Below, piece by piece: positions 1 to 13,388 of a DNA stretch of 64,000 nucleotides; positions within the stretch are counted from its first letter, which is position 1, and each line of letters starts with the position of its first letter. Source of the DNA: an uncultured delta proteobacterium (GTDB taxonomy: Bacteria; Desulfobacterota; Binatia; UBA9968); NCBI GenBank assembly GCA_963745835.1, contig CAVUZH010000016.1, forward strand, positions 1 through 64,000, given 5' to 3'. The position numbers and the translations under genes are program-made. The notes under the pieces were generated by a model. That model worked only from the letters and a program-made list of their open reading frames with translations. It made no database searches and was not told the DNA's origin.

Positions 1-25
1 TCGTGCCGCGGCGAGGAGGCAGCAA

Positions 26-995
26 ATGCTGATTTCCCAAGTCGTCGACGGAGCCGACATGATCCAGGTGGTCGCCCGCACCGACGGCGCGGCGCGCGTG
101 GTCAACGGCGCAAGAAGCGTCTACTCGCTGGCGCTCGAGGCGGCGCGCAGCGGCAGGGCTCGCCGAGCTTCGAGCGCAAGGGCTTCGGCAAGACCGTCGA
201 TCTCGACGCCGCCTACCGGCAGGGCCGGCTGCTCGCGCCGATCGACCATCCCGATCCCGCGCACCTGCACCTGACCGGCACCGGCCTGACCCATCTCGGC
301 TCGGCCGCGGCCCGCGACGCGATGCACAGGAACGGCGGCGGCGAGGAGACGCTGACCGATTCCATGAAGATGTTCCGCATGGGCGTCGAAGGCGGCAAGC
401 CCGAAGGCGGCGAGGCCGGCGTGCAGCCCGAATGGTTCTACAAGGGCGACGGCTCGTGGCGGTCGCGCCCGGCGCGCCGCTCGAGTCGCCCGCTTTCGCG
501 CTGGACGGCGGCGAGGAGCCGGAGATCGCCGGCATCTATGTGATCGGCGACGACGGCACGCCGTTCCGCGTCGGCTTCGCCCTCGCCAACGAATTCTCCG
601 ACCACGTCACCGAGCGCGTCAACTATCTCTGGCTCGCCCATTCCAAGCTGCGGCCGGCCTCGTTCGGCCCGGAGATGCTGGTCGGCGACCTGCCGGACGA
701 CATGCGCGGCACCGTCGCGCATCCTGCGCGACGGCAAGGTGCTCTGGGAGAAGCCCTTCCTGTCCGGCGAGGCGAACATGTCGCACACCATCGCCAACCT
801 CGAGCACCACCATTTCAAATATGCCCTGTTCCGGCGGCCCGGCGACGTGCACGTCCATTTCTTCGGCACCGCGACGCTGTCCTTCGCCGACGGCATCAAG
901 ACCGAGGCGGGCGACGTCTTCGAGATCGCGGCGCCCTTTCGGCCTGCCGCTGCGCAACCCGCTGCTCGTCGAGGCTGAAAAGGCCTTCCCCGTGA
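26..995 (+). CDS. araD1: AraD1/GguC-family fumarylacetoacetate-hydrolase-fold protein (frameshifted, end approximate)
   Basis: Fragments in several frames join into the family pattern: ...SMKMFRMGVEGGKP..GVQPEWFYKGDG, DGGEEPEIAGIYVIG..GFALANEFSDHVTERVNYLWLAHSKLR, SGEANMSHTIANLEHHHFKY..HVHFFGTATLSF. Confidence 0.8.
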
Positions 996-1109
996 CGCGC
1001 TTCAGCCTGCGGCAGGGGCACCGCGGCCACCATTTGCCACGAGTCGTGAGTGGAGCTTGGAGCACCGCCGCGGCTATAGGTTCGCCACGAACAAGGGGGC
1101 GGAATCGGA

Positions 1110-1852
1110 ATGGCGGTCGACGTCGGCTATGTGGGCGCCGTCGGGGCGGGCGCGCTTTCGTTCCTGTCGCCCTGCGTGCTGCCGCTGGTGCCGCCCTACC
1201 TCTGCTACATGGCCGGCGTTTCGGTCGAACGATTTCCGCGGCGGCGGCGGTGGCCAGCCAAAGCCGGCGCGCGCAAGGCGCTCCTCGTGTCTTCGCTCGC
1301 CTTCGTGCTCGGCTTCTCCACCGTGTTCGTGGCGCTCGGTGCGGGCGCCTCGACGATCGGCCGGCTGCTGCGGGTCTGGCAGGAGCCGCTGGCCATCGCC
1401 GCCGGCGTGCTCATCATCGTGATGGGGCTGAATTTCCTCGGCGTGCTAAGAATTCCGCTGCTGCCCGCGAGGCCCGTTTCCATTCCTCGGGCAGGCCGGC
1501 AAGCGCCGTCGCCGCCTATGTCATGGGCCTCGCTTTCGCCTTCGGCTGGACGCCCTGCATCGGTCCGGTGCTCGGGCCGATCCTGACGCTGGCCGGGGGC
1601 CGCGAGACGGTCGGCGAAGGCGCGCTCCTGCTCGCCGCCTATTCGCTGGGCCTGGGCATTCCGTTCCTGGTCGCCGCGCTGTTTTCCGGAGCCTTCATGC
1701 GTTCCTGCACGTTTCCGCGTCCATCTCGGGCGTGTCGAAAAAGCCATCGGCGGCTTGCTGGTCGTGGCCGGCGTGCTGTTCCTCACCGGCGGGGTTCGAG
1801 CGCGTCCTACTGGATACTGGAGACGTTTCCGGCCCTGCAACGCCTCGGCTGA
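1110..1852 (+). CDS. ccdA: Cytochrome c biogenesis CcdA/DsbD-family membrane protein (frameshifted)
   Basis: Two conserved Cys motifs, SFLSPCVLPLVP and FAFGWTPCIGPVL, plus several hydrophobic helices. Confidence 0.9.
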
Positions 1853-2047
1853 ATCCCAGTCGCATTCGCTGGCCCATCCAGGTGCTTATCAGTTTGCGGT
1901 AGGGCGGTTTACGCCCGGGTACACCGGATTACCGCTCTAAGTCTTTGTTTTAGCCGCATTTGTGCTACGCGAAGTCATTCCACTGGGCTGCAAAATGCTC
2001 TAAGAAGTATCAGCCATTCCGAGACCGCTCGCTTTCCGGAGCCTTCC

Positions 2048-3394
2048 ATGAGCCAACGCAGCTGCCTTTCCATCATTCTTGCCGCTGGCGAAGGCACGCG
2101 GATGAAAAGCGCGACTCCAAAGGTCCTGCACAAGATAGCCGGACTGCCGATGCTTGCACACGTCGTTCGCGCGGCGGAGGCTGCTGGAGGCGGAGACATA
2201 GCACTGGTGGTTGGGCACGGCGGCGACGCGGTGCGCAAAGCGGCCTCCGGCTTTGCCTCCAATGGCGCGGTCTTCGTGCAGGAGCAGCGCCTTGGCACGG
2301 GCCATGCGGTTCTGGCCGCGCGTGAGGCAATCGCGCGAGGCTATGACGACATTCTGGTCATGTTCGGCGACACGCCGCTGCTCGATCCCGCCGATTTGCG
2401 TACGGCCAGGGCGAAACTGGCCGAGGGCAATGCGGTCGTTGTCATGGGCTTCCGCTCCGACGATCCAGCCGGCTATGGCCGCCTCATCGAAAAGGATGGC
2501 GCGCTGTTGGCGATCCGCGAGGTGAAGGATTGCAGCGCGGAGGAGCTCAAGGTCACCTTCCTCAACGGCGGCTTGATGGCAATCGACGGACGCAAGGCGC
2601 TCGGGCTGCTGGATCAGATCGGCAACCGCAACGCCAAGCGTGAGTATTATCTGACCGACGTCGTCGAAATCGCCAATGCCGAAGGGCTGAAGGTCACCGC
2701 CAGCGAAGTGGGCTTCGACAGCGTGCTCGGCATCAACAACCGCGCCGAACTCGCCGAGGCGGAGGCGCTATGGCAGCAACGCAAACGCCGCGAGTTGATG
2801 CTGTCTGGCGTCACGCTGCTGGCTCCCGACACCGTGTATTTCTCCCACGACACCGAAATCGGCCAGGACACGGTGGTCGAGCCCAACGTGTTCTTCGGCC
2901 CGGGCGTCAGGATCGCATCGGGCGCGAAAATCCATGCCTTCCCATCGGAGGAAGCGACCGTGGCGTCCGGCTGCGACGTCGGTCCCTATGCGCGCCTGCG
3001 CCCCGGCGCCGATTTGCGCGAAAAGGCCAAGGTGGGCAATTTCTGCGAGGTCAAGAAGGCGGTGATCGAGCCCGGCGCCAAGGTCAACCATCTGACCTAT
3101 ATCGGCGACGCGCGGGTGGGCGCCAATGCCAATATCGGGGCAGGGACCATCACCTGCAACTATGACGGCTTCAGCAAATTCTTCACGGATATCGGGGAGA
3201 ACGCCTTCATCGGGTCGAACAGTTCGCTGGTCGCGCCGATCACCATCGGCAACGGAGCCTATGTCGCCTCGGGCAGCGTCATCACCGAAAGCGTGCCCGA
3301 TGGTGCGTTGGCGTTCGGTCGTGCGCGGCAGAAGACCATGCCGGACAAGGGGAGGCAGTTGCGCGAAAGGCTTGCCTCTGCGGCAAAGAAATAG
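2048..3394 (+). CDS. glmU: Bifunctional UDP-GlcNAc pyrophosphorylase/glucosamine-1-P acetyltransferase
   Basis: [18 protein letters not shown]-terminus, hexapeptide repeats, [19 protein letters not shown]; lies upstream of glmS. Confidence 0.98.
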   Translation: MSQRSCLSIILAAGEGTRMKSATPKVLHKIAGLPMLAHVVRAAEAAGGGDIALVVGHGGDAVRKAASGFASNGAVFVQEQRLGTGHAVLAAREAIARGYDDILVMFGDTPLLDPADLRTARAKLAEGNAVVVMGFRSDDPAGYGRLIEKDGALLAIREVKDCSAEELKVTFLNGGLMAIDGRKALGLLDQIGNRNAKREYYLTDVVEIANAEGLKVTASEVGFDSVLGINNRAELAEAEALWQQRKRRELMLSGVTLLAPDTVYFSHDTEIGQDTVVEPNVFFGPGVRIASGAKIHAFPSEEATVASGCDVGPYARLRPGADLREKAKVGNFCEVKKAVIEPGAKVNHLTYIGDARVGANANIGAGTITCNYDGFSKFFTDIGENAFIGSNSSLVAPITIGNGAYVASGSVITESVPDGALAFGRARQKTMPDKGRQLRERLASAAKK

Positions 3395-3583
3395 CCGAAT
3401 TGCGTAACCTTATTATCAACCGCTCGGTGCTATTCTCCGAGCCTGGGTAACGCGAGTCCGGCCGATTGGCCGGATCGATCGGCCTGAAATGAAACGACAC
3501 GCAAATTTACTTTCGCAGCTGCGGACAGATTTCTAGATATCTGCTCAGCAGTGCGTCAATGGGCGCTAATCGGGGCACTTTCC

Positions 3584-5423
3584 ATGTGTGGAATCGTAGG
3601 TATCGTCGGTCACTCGCCGGTGGCGCCGCTGATCGTCGATGCGCTGAAGCGCCTGGAATATCGAGGCTATGATTCCGCGGGGATCGCCACCATCGAGCAC
3701 GGCGAGCTTGGCGCGCCGCCGCGCCGAGGGCAAGCTGATCAATCTCGAGCGCCGCCTGACAGGCGGAACCGCTGGCGGCACGATCGGCATCGGCCACACC
3801 CGCTGGGCGACCCACGGCGTGCCCAACGAGACCAATGCGCATCCGCATTTCTCCAATGGCGTCGCCATCGTCCACAACGGCATCATCGAGAATTTCTCCG
3901 AATCTGCGCGACGAACTCGCAGCGCGACGGCTACGAATTCGCCTCGCAGACCGACACCGAGGTCGTCGCGCATCTGGTCGCGCGCGAAGCTCGCGCGCGG
4001 CGCCACGCCGGTCGATGCGGCCTACAGCGCGCTGAAGCGGCTGGAAGGCGCGTTCGCGCTCGCCATCATGTTCACGCGGCGACGACGACCTGATCGTCGG
4101 CGCCCGCAACGGCCCGCCGCTCGCGGTCGGCCACGGCGAAGGCGAGATGTTCCTGGGCTCCGACGCGATCGCGCTGGCGCCCTTCACCAACTCGATCACC
4201 TATCTCGAGGATGGCGACTGGGCGGTCGTGCGCCGCAACGAGGTCGCAGATCTACGACATGGCCGGCGAGCCGGTCGAGCGCAAGCGCCAGCAGTCGCTC
4301 GGCACGTCCTTCATGGTCGACAAGGGCAACCACCGGCATTTCATGGAGAAGGAGATCCACGAGCAGCCGGAGGTGATCTCGCCACACGCTCGCGCATTAT
4401 CTCGACTTCACCACAGGCGAGATCGAAGCCGATCGACCTGCCGTTCGATTTCGCCAAAGATCGACCGCCTCGCCATCTCGGCCTGCGGCACGGCCTATCT
4501 CGCCGGGCCTGATCGGCAAATACTGGTTCGAGCGCTCGCGCGCCTGCCGGTCGACATCGATATCGCGTCGGAATTCCGCTACCGCGAGATGCCGCTGTCG
4601 AAGGACGGCGCCGCTCTGTTCGTCTCGCAGTCGGGCGAGACCGCCGACACGCTGGCGTCGCTGCGCTATTGCCGCAAGGCCGGCGTGCCGATCGGCGCCA
4701 TCGTCAACGTCCGCGAATCGACCATCGCGCGCGAGTCCGATGTCGTGCTGCCGACGCTCGCCGGCCCGGAGATCGGCGTCGCCTCGACCAAGGCCTTCAC
4801 CTGCCAGCTCTCCGTGCTGGCCGTCACTTGCCGATCCGCGCCGGCGAGCGCGCGCGGCACGATCTCGGCCGAGCGAGGAGCAGGGCGCTGGTCGCGCAGC
4901 CTCGTCCGAGGTGCCGCGCTACGCCAGCCAGGTGCTGAAGCTCGAGAGCCAGATCGAGAAGGTCGCCCGCGAGCTCTCGCACTACAAGGACGTGCTCTAT
5001 CTCGGCCGCGGCACCAACTATCCGCTGGCCATGGAAGGCGCGCTCAAGCTCAAGGAAATCTCCTACATCCACGCCGAGGGTTATGCCGCCGGCGAGTTGA
5101 AGCACGGGCCGATCGCGCTGATCGACGAGAACATGCCGGTCATCGTCATCGCGCCGCACGACCGCATCTTCGAAAAGACGGTGTCGAACATGCAGGAGGT
5201 CGCGGCGCGCGGCGGCAAGATCATCCTGATCACCGACCAGAAGGGCGCCGCAGACGCCACGGTGAAGACGATGGAGACGATCGTGCTGCCCGACGTGCCG
5301 GAGATCATCGCGCCGATGATCTACGCGCTGCCGATCCAGATGCTCGCCTACCACACGGCCGTCTTCATGGGCACCGACGTCGACCAGCCGCGCAACCTGG
5401 CGAAGTCGGTGACGGTCGAGTAG
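3584..5423 (+). CDS. glmS: Glutamine-fructose-6-phosphate transaminase (many frameshifts)
   Basis: MCGIVG start at 3584, [43 protein letters not shown]-terminal [13 protein letters not shown]. Confidence 0.97.
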
Positions 5424-5497
5424 AGCCGCCTAACTTCGCTGTTCCAAAGCCTGCGCCGCTTCTCTATCTTGCGATGCAACGAGGAAGCGGTGAGCCA

Positions 5498-6229
5498 ATG
5501 TCCGATAGTCCAGGCGTTATTTCCGGCATGACCCGGCTCAGGAACTATTTCCTGACCGGCTTCATCGTCGCCGCGCCGCTCGCCATCACCGTCTACATCG
5601 TCTGGTCGTTCATCGGCTGGATCGATTCCTGGGTGAAACCCTATATTCCGGCCGCCTACAGCCCCGACACCTACCTGCCGTTCGCTCTGCCCGGTTTCGG
5701 GCTGCTGGTGGCGATCTTCGTGATCACGATGATCGGCTTCCTGGCGGCCAATATCGTCGGCCGCTCGATTGTCTCGGTCGGCGAGCACCTGCTCGGCCGC
5801 ATGCCGCTGGTGCGCGGCGTCTACAAGGCGCTGAAGCAGATTTTCGAGACGGTGCTGTCCAACAAGAACGACATGTTCCGGCAGGTCGGGCTGGTCGAAT
5901 ATCCGCGCAAGGGCGTCTGGTCGCTGGTCTTCGTCGCCAACGAGAAGGAGACCGAGATCAACGTCAAGCTGGACAAGGAGGGCGACCCGCTGGTCGCTGT
6001 GTTCATGCCCTGCACGCCGAACCCGACCACCGGCTTCCTGATGTATGTCTACCGCTCGGAGATCGTGCTCCTCGACATGACGATCGAGGACGGCGCCAAG
6101 CTGATCGTCTCCGCCGGCCTCGTCGCGCCGGAATACAAGCGCAAGGTGGTCACCAAGGACGGCGCCCCGATCGAGGTCGGGCTGGCCAACCCGACCGTGG
6201 AAAAGGTCGCCAACCTCAAGTTCAAGTGA
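5498..6229 (+). CDS. DUF502 family membrane protein
   Basis: RLRNYFLTG..PLAIT N-terminal helices, VEYPRKG and PCTPNPTTGFL motifs; usual position after glmS in alphaproteobacteria. Confidence 0.9.
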   Translation: MSDSPGVISGMTRLRNYFLTGFIVAAPLAITVYIVWSFIGWIDSWVKPYIPAAYSPDTYLPFALPGFGLLVAIFVITMIGFLAANIVGRSIVSVGEHLLGRMPLVRGVYKALKQIFETVLSNKNDMFRQVGLVEYPRKGVWSLVFVANEKETEINVKLDKEGDPLVAVFMPCTPNPTTGFLMYVYRSEIVLLDMTIEDGAKLIVSAGLVAPEYKRKVVTKDGAPIEVGLANPTVEKVANLKFK

Positions 6230-6238
6230 AGCGCCGGC

Positions 6239-8352
6239 TCACCCCGCCCTGAGCAGCCTCACCGCCTCGTCACGCCCGAACAGATAGAGCAGAACCCGTA
6301 GCGCCTGGCCGCGTTCGCGTTGCAGATCGGGGTCGCGCGACAGGATCAGCCTGGCGTCGTCGCGCGCCACCTCCAGCAGATCGCTGTGGAATTCGATCCG
6401 CGCCACCTGGAAGCCCGGCGTGCCTGATTGCCTCGTGCCGAGCAGTTCGCCTTCGCCGCGCAGTTTCAGATCTTCTTCGGAGATGAGAAACCCGTCCTCG
6501 GTTTCGCGCATCACCGACAGGCGTTCTTCGGCCGTCTCGCCGAGCGGCTCCTTGTAGAGCAGCACGCATGACGACGGTTTTGTTCCACGCCCGACGCGTC
6601 CGCGTAGCTGGTGGAGCTGGGCCAGCCCGAACCGCTCGGCGTGTTCGATCACCATGATCGTCGCATCCGGCACGTCGACGCCGACCTCGATGACGGTGGT
6701 CGCGACAAGGATCTTCGTCTCGCCTTCCTTGAAGGCGCGCATCGCCTCGTCCTTGTCGGCGCCCTTCATGCGCCCGTGCACCAGCCCGACAACGTCGCCG
6801 AACTCCTGCTCCAGGAGCGCGATGCCGGTCCTCGGCCGACGTCAGCTTGATCTCCTCGGACTCCTCCACCAGCGGGCAGATCCAGTAGACCTTCTGGCCT
6901 TCGCCGACCGCGTCGGAAATCCGCCCGATCAGCTCGTCCAGCCGATCGAGCGGCAGCGTCACGGTGCGGATCGGCCGGCGGCCAGCAGGCTTCTCCGTCA
7001 GCCGCGAGACATCCATGTCGCCGAAGGCGGTCAGCACCAGCGTGCGCGGGATAGGCGTCGCCGTCATCACCAGCATGTCAGGGGCGTCGCCCTTGGCGGT
7101 GATCGCCAGCCGCTGGTGCACGCCGAAGCGATGCTGCTCGTCGACCACGGCAAGCACGAGGTCGCGGAACGTCACTTGTTCCTGGAACAGCGCATGCGTG
7201 CCGACCACGATGTCAATCGATCCGTCTTCCAGCCCGGCCAGCGTCGCGCTGCGCTCGCGGCCCTTCTCGCGGCCGGTCAGGATCGCCACCCGCAATCCTG
7301 CGCGCTCGGCCAGCGGCGTGATCGTGGCGAGATGCTGCCTGGCAAGGATTTCGGTCGGCGCCATCAGCGCCGCCTGTCCGCCGGCCTCGACCGCGCGCGC
7401 CATGGCAAGCAGCGCCACCACGGTCTTGCCGGAGCCGACGTCGCCCTGCAGCAGCCTGCAGCATGCGCTCGGGCTCCGCGAGGTCGGCGTTGATTTCGGC
7501 CAGCGCGAACTCCTGCGAGCCGGTCAGCGAATAGGGCAGCGCCTTGCGAATGGCGTCTTCGATCCGCCCGTCGCCGGTCAGCGGCCGGCCCGACAGCCGC
7601 CGCACGTTCGCCCGCGTCAGCGCGAGCGACAGCTGCCCGGCCAGGAACTCGTCATAGGCGAGCCGCCGCCACGCCGCGCCCTCGGGCGAAACGTCGATCG
7701 GATCGGCCGGATCGTGCAGCCGCTTCAGCGCTGCCGCGAAAGCAGGAAAGCTCTGCTTCTTCGCCACCGTCGCGTCGAGCCAGTCGGGCAGGGCAGGGAG
7801 CCGCGCCAGCGCCTGGCCGATCGCGCGGCGCAGCACCTTGCCCGATAGTCCCGCCGTCAGCGGATACACCGGCTCGACCAGCGGCAGGCTGTCGGCGCTC
7901 GTCGAGCGGCGCGATATGATCGGGATGCACCATGGTCGGCCGGCCGTTGAACCACTCCATGCGGCCGCTGACACGACGACATGCTCGCCGACCGGCATCG
8001 CCTTTTCCAGATAGGCCGCATGCGCATGGAAGAAGGTCAGCGCGATCTCGCCGGTGTCGTCATGCGCATAAACCCGGTAGGGCACCGAGCGGTTGCCGCG
8101 CGGCGGCGGCTGGTGGCGGTCGATCCTGACCTCCAGCGTGACGATCGCGCCTTCGGCGGCACACGCGATGCCCGGCCGGTTGCGCCGGTCGATCACCGAA
8201 TGCGGCAGCACGAACAGGAGGTCGCCGACGCGCGCCGCGCGATCGCCCAGATCGGCCGGCACCACCTTCTCGATCAGCGCCGCGACCTTCGGCCCGACGC
8301 CTTCCAGCGCGGTGATCGGTGCAAACAGCGGGTCGAGCAGGGAAGGGCGCAT
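6239..8352 (-). CDS. recG: ATP-dependent DNA helicase RecG (frameshifted)
   Basis: MRPSLLDPLF start, MAPTEILARQH, VDEQHRFGV, MTATPIPRTL, ERFGLAQLHQLRGRVGRG, DLKLRGEGELLG. Confidence 0.97.
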
Positions 8353-8446
8353 GTTTGTCAGCTTAGGCGGCACGGACGGGCGCGCAAGGCTGACACCGCC
8401 CGCTATCCACGCTATATGCGCCGCTCATCATGAATACAGGCAGGCT

Positions 8447-8731
8447 ATGAGCGGAACGGCGCGAACGAGCGAAGGGCTGGATGCACGGCGGCGCAAGCTG
8501 CTGTTCCGCTCCTGGCATCGCGGCATCCGCGAGATGGACTTGATCCTCGGCGGCTTCGCCGATGCTGCCATCGCCACCTTGACCGACGCCGAATTGGACC
8601 AATATGAGCATCTGCTCGAAATCCAGGACGCCGACCTTCTGTCCTGGTTCACCGGCGAACAGTCCGTTCCCGCCGCTTTCGACACGCCTCTGCTGAAGAA
8701 GATCATGGCCTCCCGCGCCGTGGCGACCTGA
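8447..8731 (+). CDS. sdhE: Succinate dehydrogenase assembly factor 2 / FAD assembly factor
   Basis: RRKLLFRSWHRGIREMDLILG (RGxxE motif); lies between recG and mfd as is conserved in alphaproteobacteria. Confidence 0.92.
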   Translation: MSGTARTSEGLDARRRKLLFRSWHRGIREMDLILGGFADAAIATLTDAELDQYEHLLEIQDADLLSWFTGEQSVPAAFDTPLLKKIMASRAVAT

Positions 8732-8742
8732 AGAATGATTCT

Positions 8743-11700
8743 ATGAGCCTGCTCGAAAACAATCGGCCTGCCGAAAGGCCGGACCGGCCAGTTCATCGTC
8801 GACGGCGTCGCCGACGGTTTTGAAGCCTTCGCGCTCGCCTCGGCGGCAGCCGAGGCCGCGCCCGACGGTCCGCTGCTCTTCGTCGCCCGCGACGGCCAGC
8901 GCCTGCCCGCGATCATCGAGGCGCTCGCCTTCGTCGCCCCGGACCTGCCGGTGCTCGAATTCCCGGCCTGGGACTGCCTGCCCTACGACCGCGTCTCGCC
9001 CGGCTCGGATGCCGCCGCGCGCCGGCTCGACGCGCTGTCGGCGATGGTCGCGCTGCGCAAGACGCCGCACCGCGCCGTCATCCTGACCACCGCCAACGCG
9101 CTGCTCCAGCGCATCCCGCCGGCCGAGGTGATCGAGGCGCAGGCGTTCTCGCGCGAAGCCCGGCAGCAACGTCAACATGAACGAGCTGATCTCGCGGCTG
9201 GAGACCTCCGGCTTCGAGCGCGTGCCGACCGTGCGCGAGGTCGGCGAGTTCGCCGTGCGCGGCGGCATCCTCGACCTCTTCGCGCCCGGCGCCGACGAGG
9301 CGGTGCGGCTCGACTTCTTCGGCGACACGCTGGAGACGATCCGCGCCTTCGACGTCGCGACCCAGCGCACCACCGGCCAGCGCACCGAAGTCGTCGCTGC
9401 AGCCGATGACCGAGGTGACGCTGACGCCGGAAACGATCAGCCGCTTCCGCCGCAACTACATCGAGGCGTTCGGCGCGCCCGTCGCGCGACGACGGCCTCT
9501 ACGCCGCGATCAGCGAGGGCCGCCGCTTCGCCGGCATGGAGCACTGGCTGCCCTTCTACTACGAGCGGCTCGACACGCTGTTCGACTATCTGCCCGGCGC
9601 GCCGGTCGTTTTCGACCATCTGGCGCACGAGGCGATCGACGAGCGCCACAAGCTCATCCTCGACTATTACGAGGCGCGCCGGCAGCAGGCCGGCTGCGGC
9701 GCTCAAGGACGCGGTGCCCTACAAGCCGACGCCGCCCGGACCTGCATCTATCTCTCGCCCGACGACGTCTGCGGCCGCGCTGGCCGAGCACGCTGCGGTC
9801 GAGTTCACGCCCTTCGACACGCCGGATGCCGGCCCGCGCAAGGTGCTTTCATGCCGGCTCGCGCGCCGGCCACAGCTTCGCCGAAGAGCGCGCCGACCCC
9901 AACGCCAACGTGTTCGACGCCGCGGTCAGGCACATCGCCGCGGTGCGCGCCGCCAAGCGCCGCGTCGTCGTCGCCGGCTGGACGGAAGGCTCGCTCGACC
10001 GCCTGGCCCAGATCCTCGCCGAGCACCAGCTCGGCAATGTGAAGCCGGTCGCGACGCTGGCCGATGTCGAAAAGCTCGACGCCGGGGCAGGCGGGCGCTC
10101 GCCGTGCTGCCGCTCGAGACCGGCTTCGAGACCGACCGCTTCGTCGTCGTCGCCGAGCAGGACATCCTCGGCGACCGCCTGGTGCGCCGCTCCAAGAAGC
10201 GCAAGCAGGCCGCCGACTTCATCGCCGAGGCGGCGGCGCTGTCGGCCGGCGACATCGTCGTCCACGCCGATCACGGCATCGGCCGCTTCGTCGGGCTGAA
10301 GACCATCGAGGCCGCCGGCGCGCCGCATGACTGCCTGGAAATCCACTATGCCGGCGACGGCCGGCTCTATCTGCCGGTCGAGAACATCGAGCTTCTGTCG
10401 CGCTACGGCTCGGATCGGCCGGAAGCCGTGCTCGACCAGCCTCGGCGGCGGCGCCTGGCAGTCGCGCAAGGCCAAGCTGAAGAAGCGCCTGCTCGAAATG
10501 GCCGGCCAGCTGATCCGCATCGCCGCCGAGCGCAAGATGCGCACGCGCCGCCGCCTTCAACCCGCCCGACGGCCTCTACGGCGAGTTCTCGGCGCGCTTC
10601 CCCTATGAGGAGACCGACGACCAGCAGACCGCGATCGACTCCGTGCTGGACGACCTGTCCGCCGGCCGGCCGATGGACCGGCTGATCTGCGGCGACGTCG
10701 GCTTCGGCAAGACGGAGGTCGCGCTGCGCGCCGCCTTCGTCGCGGCGATGGAAGGCTTCCAGGTGGCGGTCGTCGTGCCGACCACGCTGCTTGCGCGCCA
10801 GCACTTCAAGACCTTCTCGCAGCGCTTCTCGGGCCTGCCGGTGAACATCCGCCAGGCTTCGCGCCTGGTCGGCGCCAAGGAGCTTGCCGAGACGAAGAAG
10901 GGCATCGCCGACGGCACGGTCGACATCGTCGTCGGCACCCATGCGCTGCTCGGCAGCGCGATCTCGTTCAAGAATCTCGGCCTGCTGATCGTCGACGAGG
11001 AGCAGCATTTCGGCGTCAAGCACAAGGAGCGGCTGAAGGAGCTGAAGAGCGACGTGCATGTGCTGACGCTGTCGGCGACGCCGATCCCGCGCACGCTGCA
11101 ACTGGCGCTCACCGGCGTGCGCGAACTGTCGCTCATCGCCACGCCGCCGGTCGACCGCATGGCGGTGCGCACCTTCATCTCGCCCTTCGATCCGCTGGTC
11201 ATCCGCGAGACGCTGCTGCGCGAGCGCTATCGCGGCGGCCAGAGCTTCTATGTCGTGCCGCGCATCAGCGATCTCGCCGAAATCCATGATTTCCTTCGCC
11301 AATCCGTGCCGGAGCTGAAGGTCGCGACCGCCCACGGCCAGATGCCGCCGGGCGAGCTCGACGACATCATGAACGCCTTCTACGACGGCCAGTACGACGT
11401 GCTGCTGTCGACCACCATCGTCGAATCCGGCCTCGACATCCCGACCGCCAACACGCTGATCGTGCACCGCGCCGACATGTTCGGCCTGGCCCAGCTCTAC
11501 CAGCTCCGGGGCCGCGTCGGCCGCTCCAAGCTGCGCGCCTATGCGCTGTTCACGCTGCCGGCGAACCGAAAGCTCACCGACACCGCCGACCGCCGCCTGA
11601 AGGTGCTGCAGTCGCTCGACACGCTCGGCGCCGGCTTCCAGCTCGCCAGCCACGACCTCGATATCCGCGGCGCCGGCAACCTGCTCGGCGAGGAGCAGTC

Positions 11701-12254
11701 CGGCCACATCAAGGAGGTCGGCTTCGAGCTCTACCAGCAGATGCTGGAGGAGGCGGTCGCCGAAATCCGCGACACCGGCGAGCCGGTCGACGGCGGCTGG
11801 TCGCCGCAGATCACCGTCGGCACGGCGGTGATGATCCCGGAAAGCTACGTGCCCGACCTGCAGCTTCGCCTGGCGCTCTACCGCCGCCTCGGCGACCTCG
11901 AGACGACCGAGGAGATCGACGCCTTCGCCGCCGAGCTGATCGACCGCTTCGGCCCGCTGCCGGACGAGGTCGCAGCATCTCCTGAAGATCGTCTTCATCA
12001 AGGCGCTGTGCCGCCAGGCCAATGTCGAAAAGCTCGATGCCGGGCCGAAGGGCGTCGTCATCCATTTCCGCGAGAAGAAGTTCGCCGATCCGGCCGGGCT
12101 CGTCCGCTATATCGGCGAGCAGGGTTCGCTGGCGAAGATCAGGCCGGACCAGAGCGTCGTCTTCATGCGCGACTGGCCGAACGCCGAAAAGCGCCTTGCC
12201 GGCTCGGCCGTGGTCATGACGCAACTCGCCCGCATGGCGGCCAAGGCGGCTTAA
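8743..12254 (+). CDS. mfd: Transcription-repair coupling factor (many frameshifts)
   Basis: FPAWDCLPYDRVSP, GEFAVRGGILD, VVHADHGIGRF, ICGDVGFGKTEV, DEEQHFGV, TLSATPIPRTL, ASHDLDIRGAG; TAA at 12252-12254. Confidence 0.97.
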
Positions 12255-12257
12255 GAG

Positions 12258-12666
12258 ATGCCCGGCGAAACCAACCTGCAAAAGCTGCTCGGCTCGATGT
12301 CGCCGGAACTCGTTGCCGGGCATCTTCGTCTTTGCGACGCTCCCGTCCGGGACGCCGAAGCCCGCCGGCATCAACCCCGTCATGATCTTCCGCGAGCGCG
12401 AAGGCGACACGCTGATCCTGCTGGAGGAAGAGGCGAGGGCGGCCGGACTGGCATCTGTCTTCCGCAGCCGGATGATCACGCTGAACATCCATTCCTCGCT
12501 CGATGCGGTCGGCTTCCTCGCCGCCATCACCGCGCGCCTCGCCGCAGCCGGCATGGGCGTCAATCCGGTGTCAGGCTATTTCCACGACCATCTGTTCGTG
12601 CCCGCCGACCGGGCCGACGAGGCGATGACGATCCTCGAAGGTCTCGCTGCCGAAAACCGCGGCTAG
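12258..12666 (+). CDS. ACT domain-containing protein (DUF2241-like, one frameshift)
   Basis: MPGETNLQKLLGSMSPEL joined to FREREG.TLIL..ITLNIHSSLDAVGFLAA..NPVSGYFHDHLFVP. Confidence 0.85.
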
Positions 12667-12676
12667 TAGAGGACCC

Positions 12677-13361
12677 TCAGCCGACCTTCTCCAATTCACC
12701 TCGCGCCTTGGCCGCGGCGATCTGGCGGATGGCGTCGGTTAGCGTCGAAACATCCTGCGCGCCCATGACAGCGTATTTGCCTTCGAACAGGAAGCACGGC
12801 ACGCCGGTGATGCCCATGCGCGAAGCGGTCGCGGCTTCGTTGGCCACAGCATCGCGGTCGGCGTCGCTGGCGAGCAGGCTCTCGACCACCGCCGCGTCCA
12901 TGCCGGCCTCCCCCGCGGCCTCGGCCAGCACCGTATGGTCGCCGATATTCTGCGCCCCTCTCGAAATAGAGCTGGAAGAGCCTGCGCACGAGCTTGTTCT
13001 GCACGTCCGGGCTGTCGGCGCCCGCCCAGCGGATGACGCGGTGCGCGTCGAGCGTGTTGGGCGACACCTTGATAGCGTCGAAGGCGAAGTCGATGCCCTC
13101 CGCTTCGCCGAGCGCCTCGAGCCGGGCGTGGGCGTCGCGCAGCCGTTCCTCGTCGCCGAACTTGGCGAGCATATAGGCCTTGCGGTCCATGCCCTGAGGC
13201 GGGATCGTAGGATCGAGCTGGAACGGCCGCCAGCTCACCGACGACATCGACATCGGGCGCGGCGGCGATCGCACTTGTCGAGCCGCTTCTGGCCGAGGAT
13301 AGCACCACGGGCAGACGACGTCGGACACGACGTCGATCGTGAGGGTCTGTCGGTCGGCCAT
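12677..13361 (-). CDS. DsbA/FrnE-family oxidoreductase (frameshifted)
   Basis: IDVVSDVVCPWCY, WRPFQLDP, PNTLDAHR, GITGVPCF, GAQ. Confidence 0.9.
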
Positions 13362-13388
13362 GTCATCGATTCCTTGAGGTCCGGGCCT

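Noticed and set aside
3395-3583. glmS ribozyme upstream of glmS
   Set aside because: No recognisable core; this ribozyme is mainly found in Gram-positive bacteria
4211-6229. 672-aa GlmS-DUF502 fusion in the ORF track
   Set aside because: Frameshift artefact; glmS ends normally at 5423 and DUF502 has its own ATG at 5498
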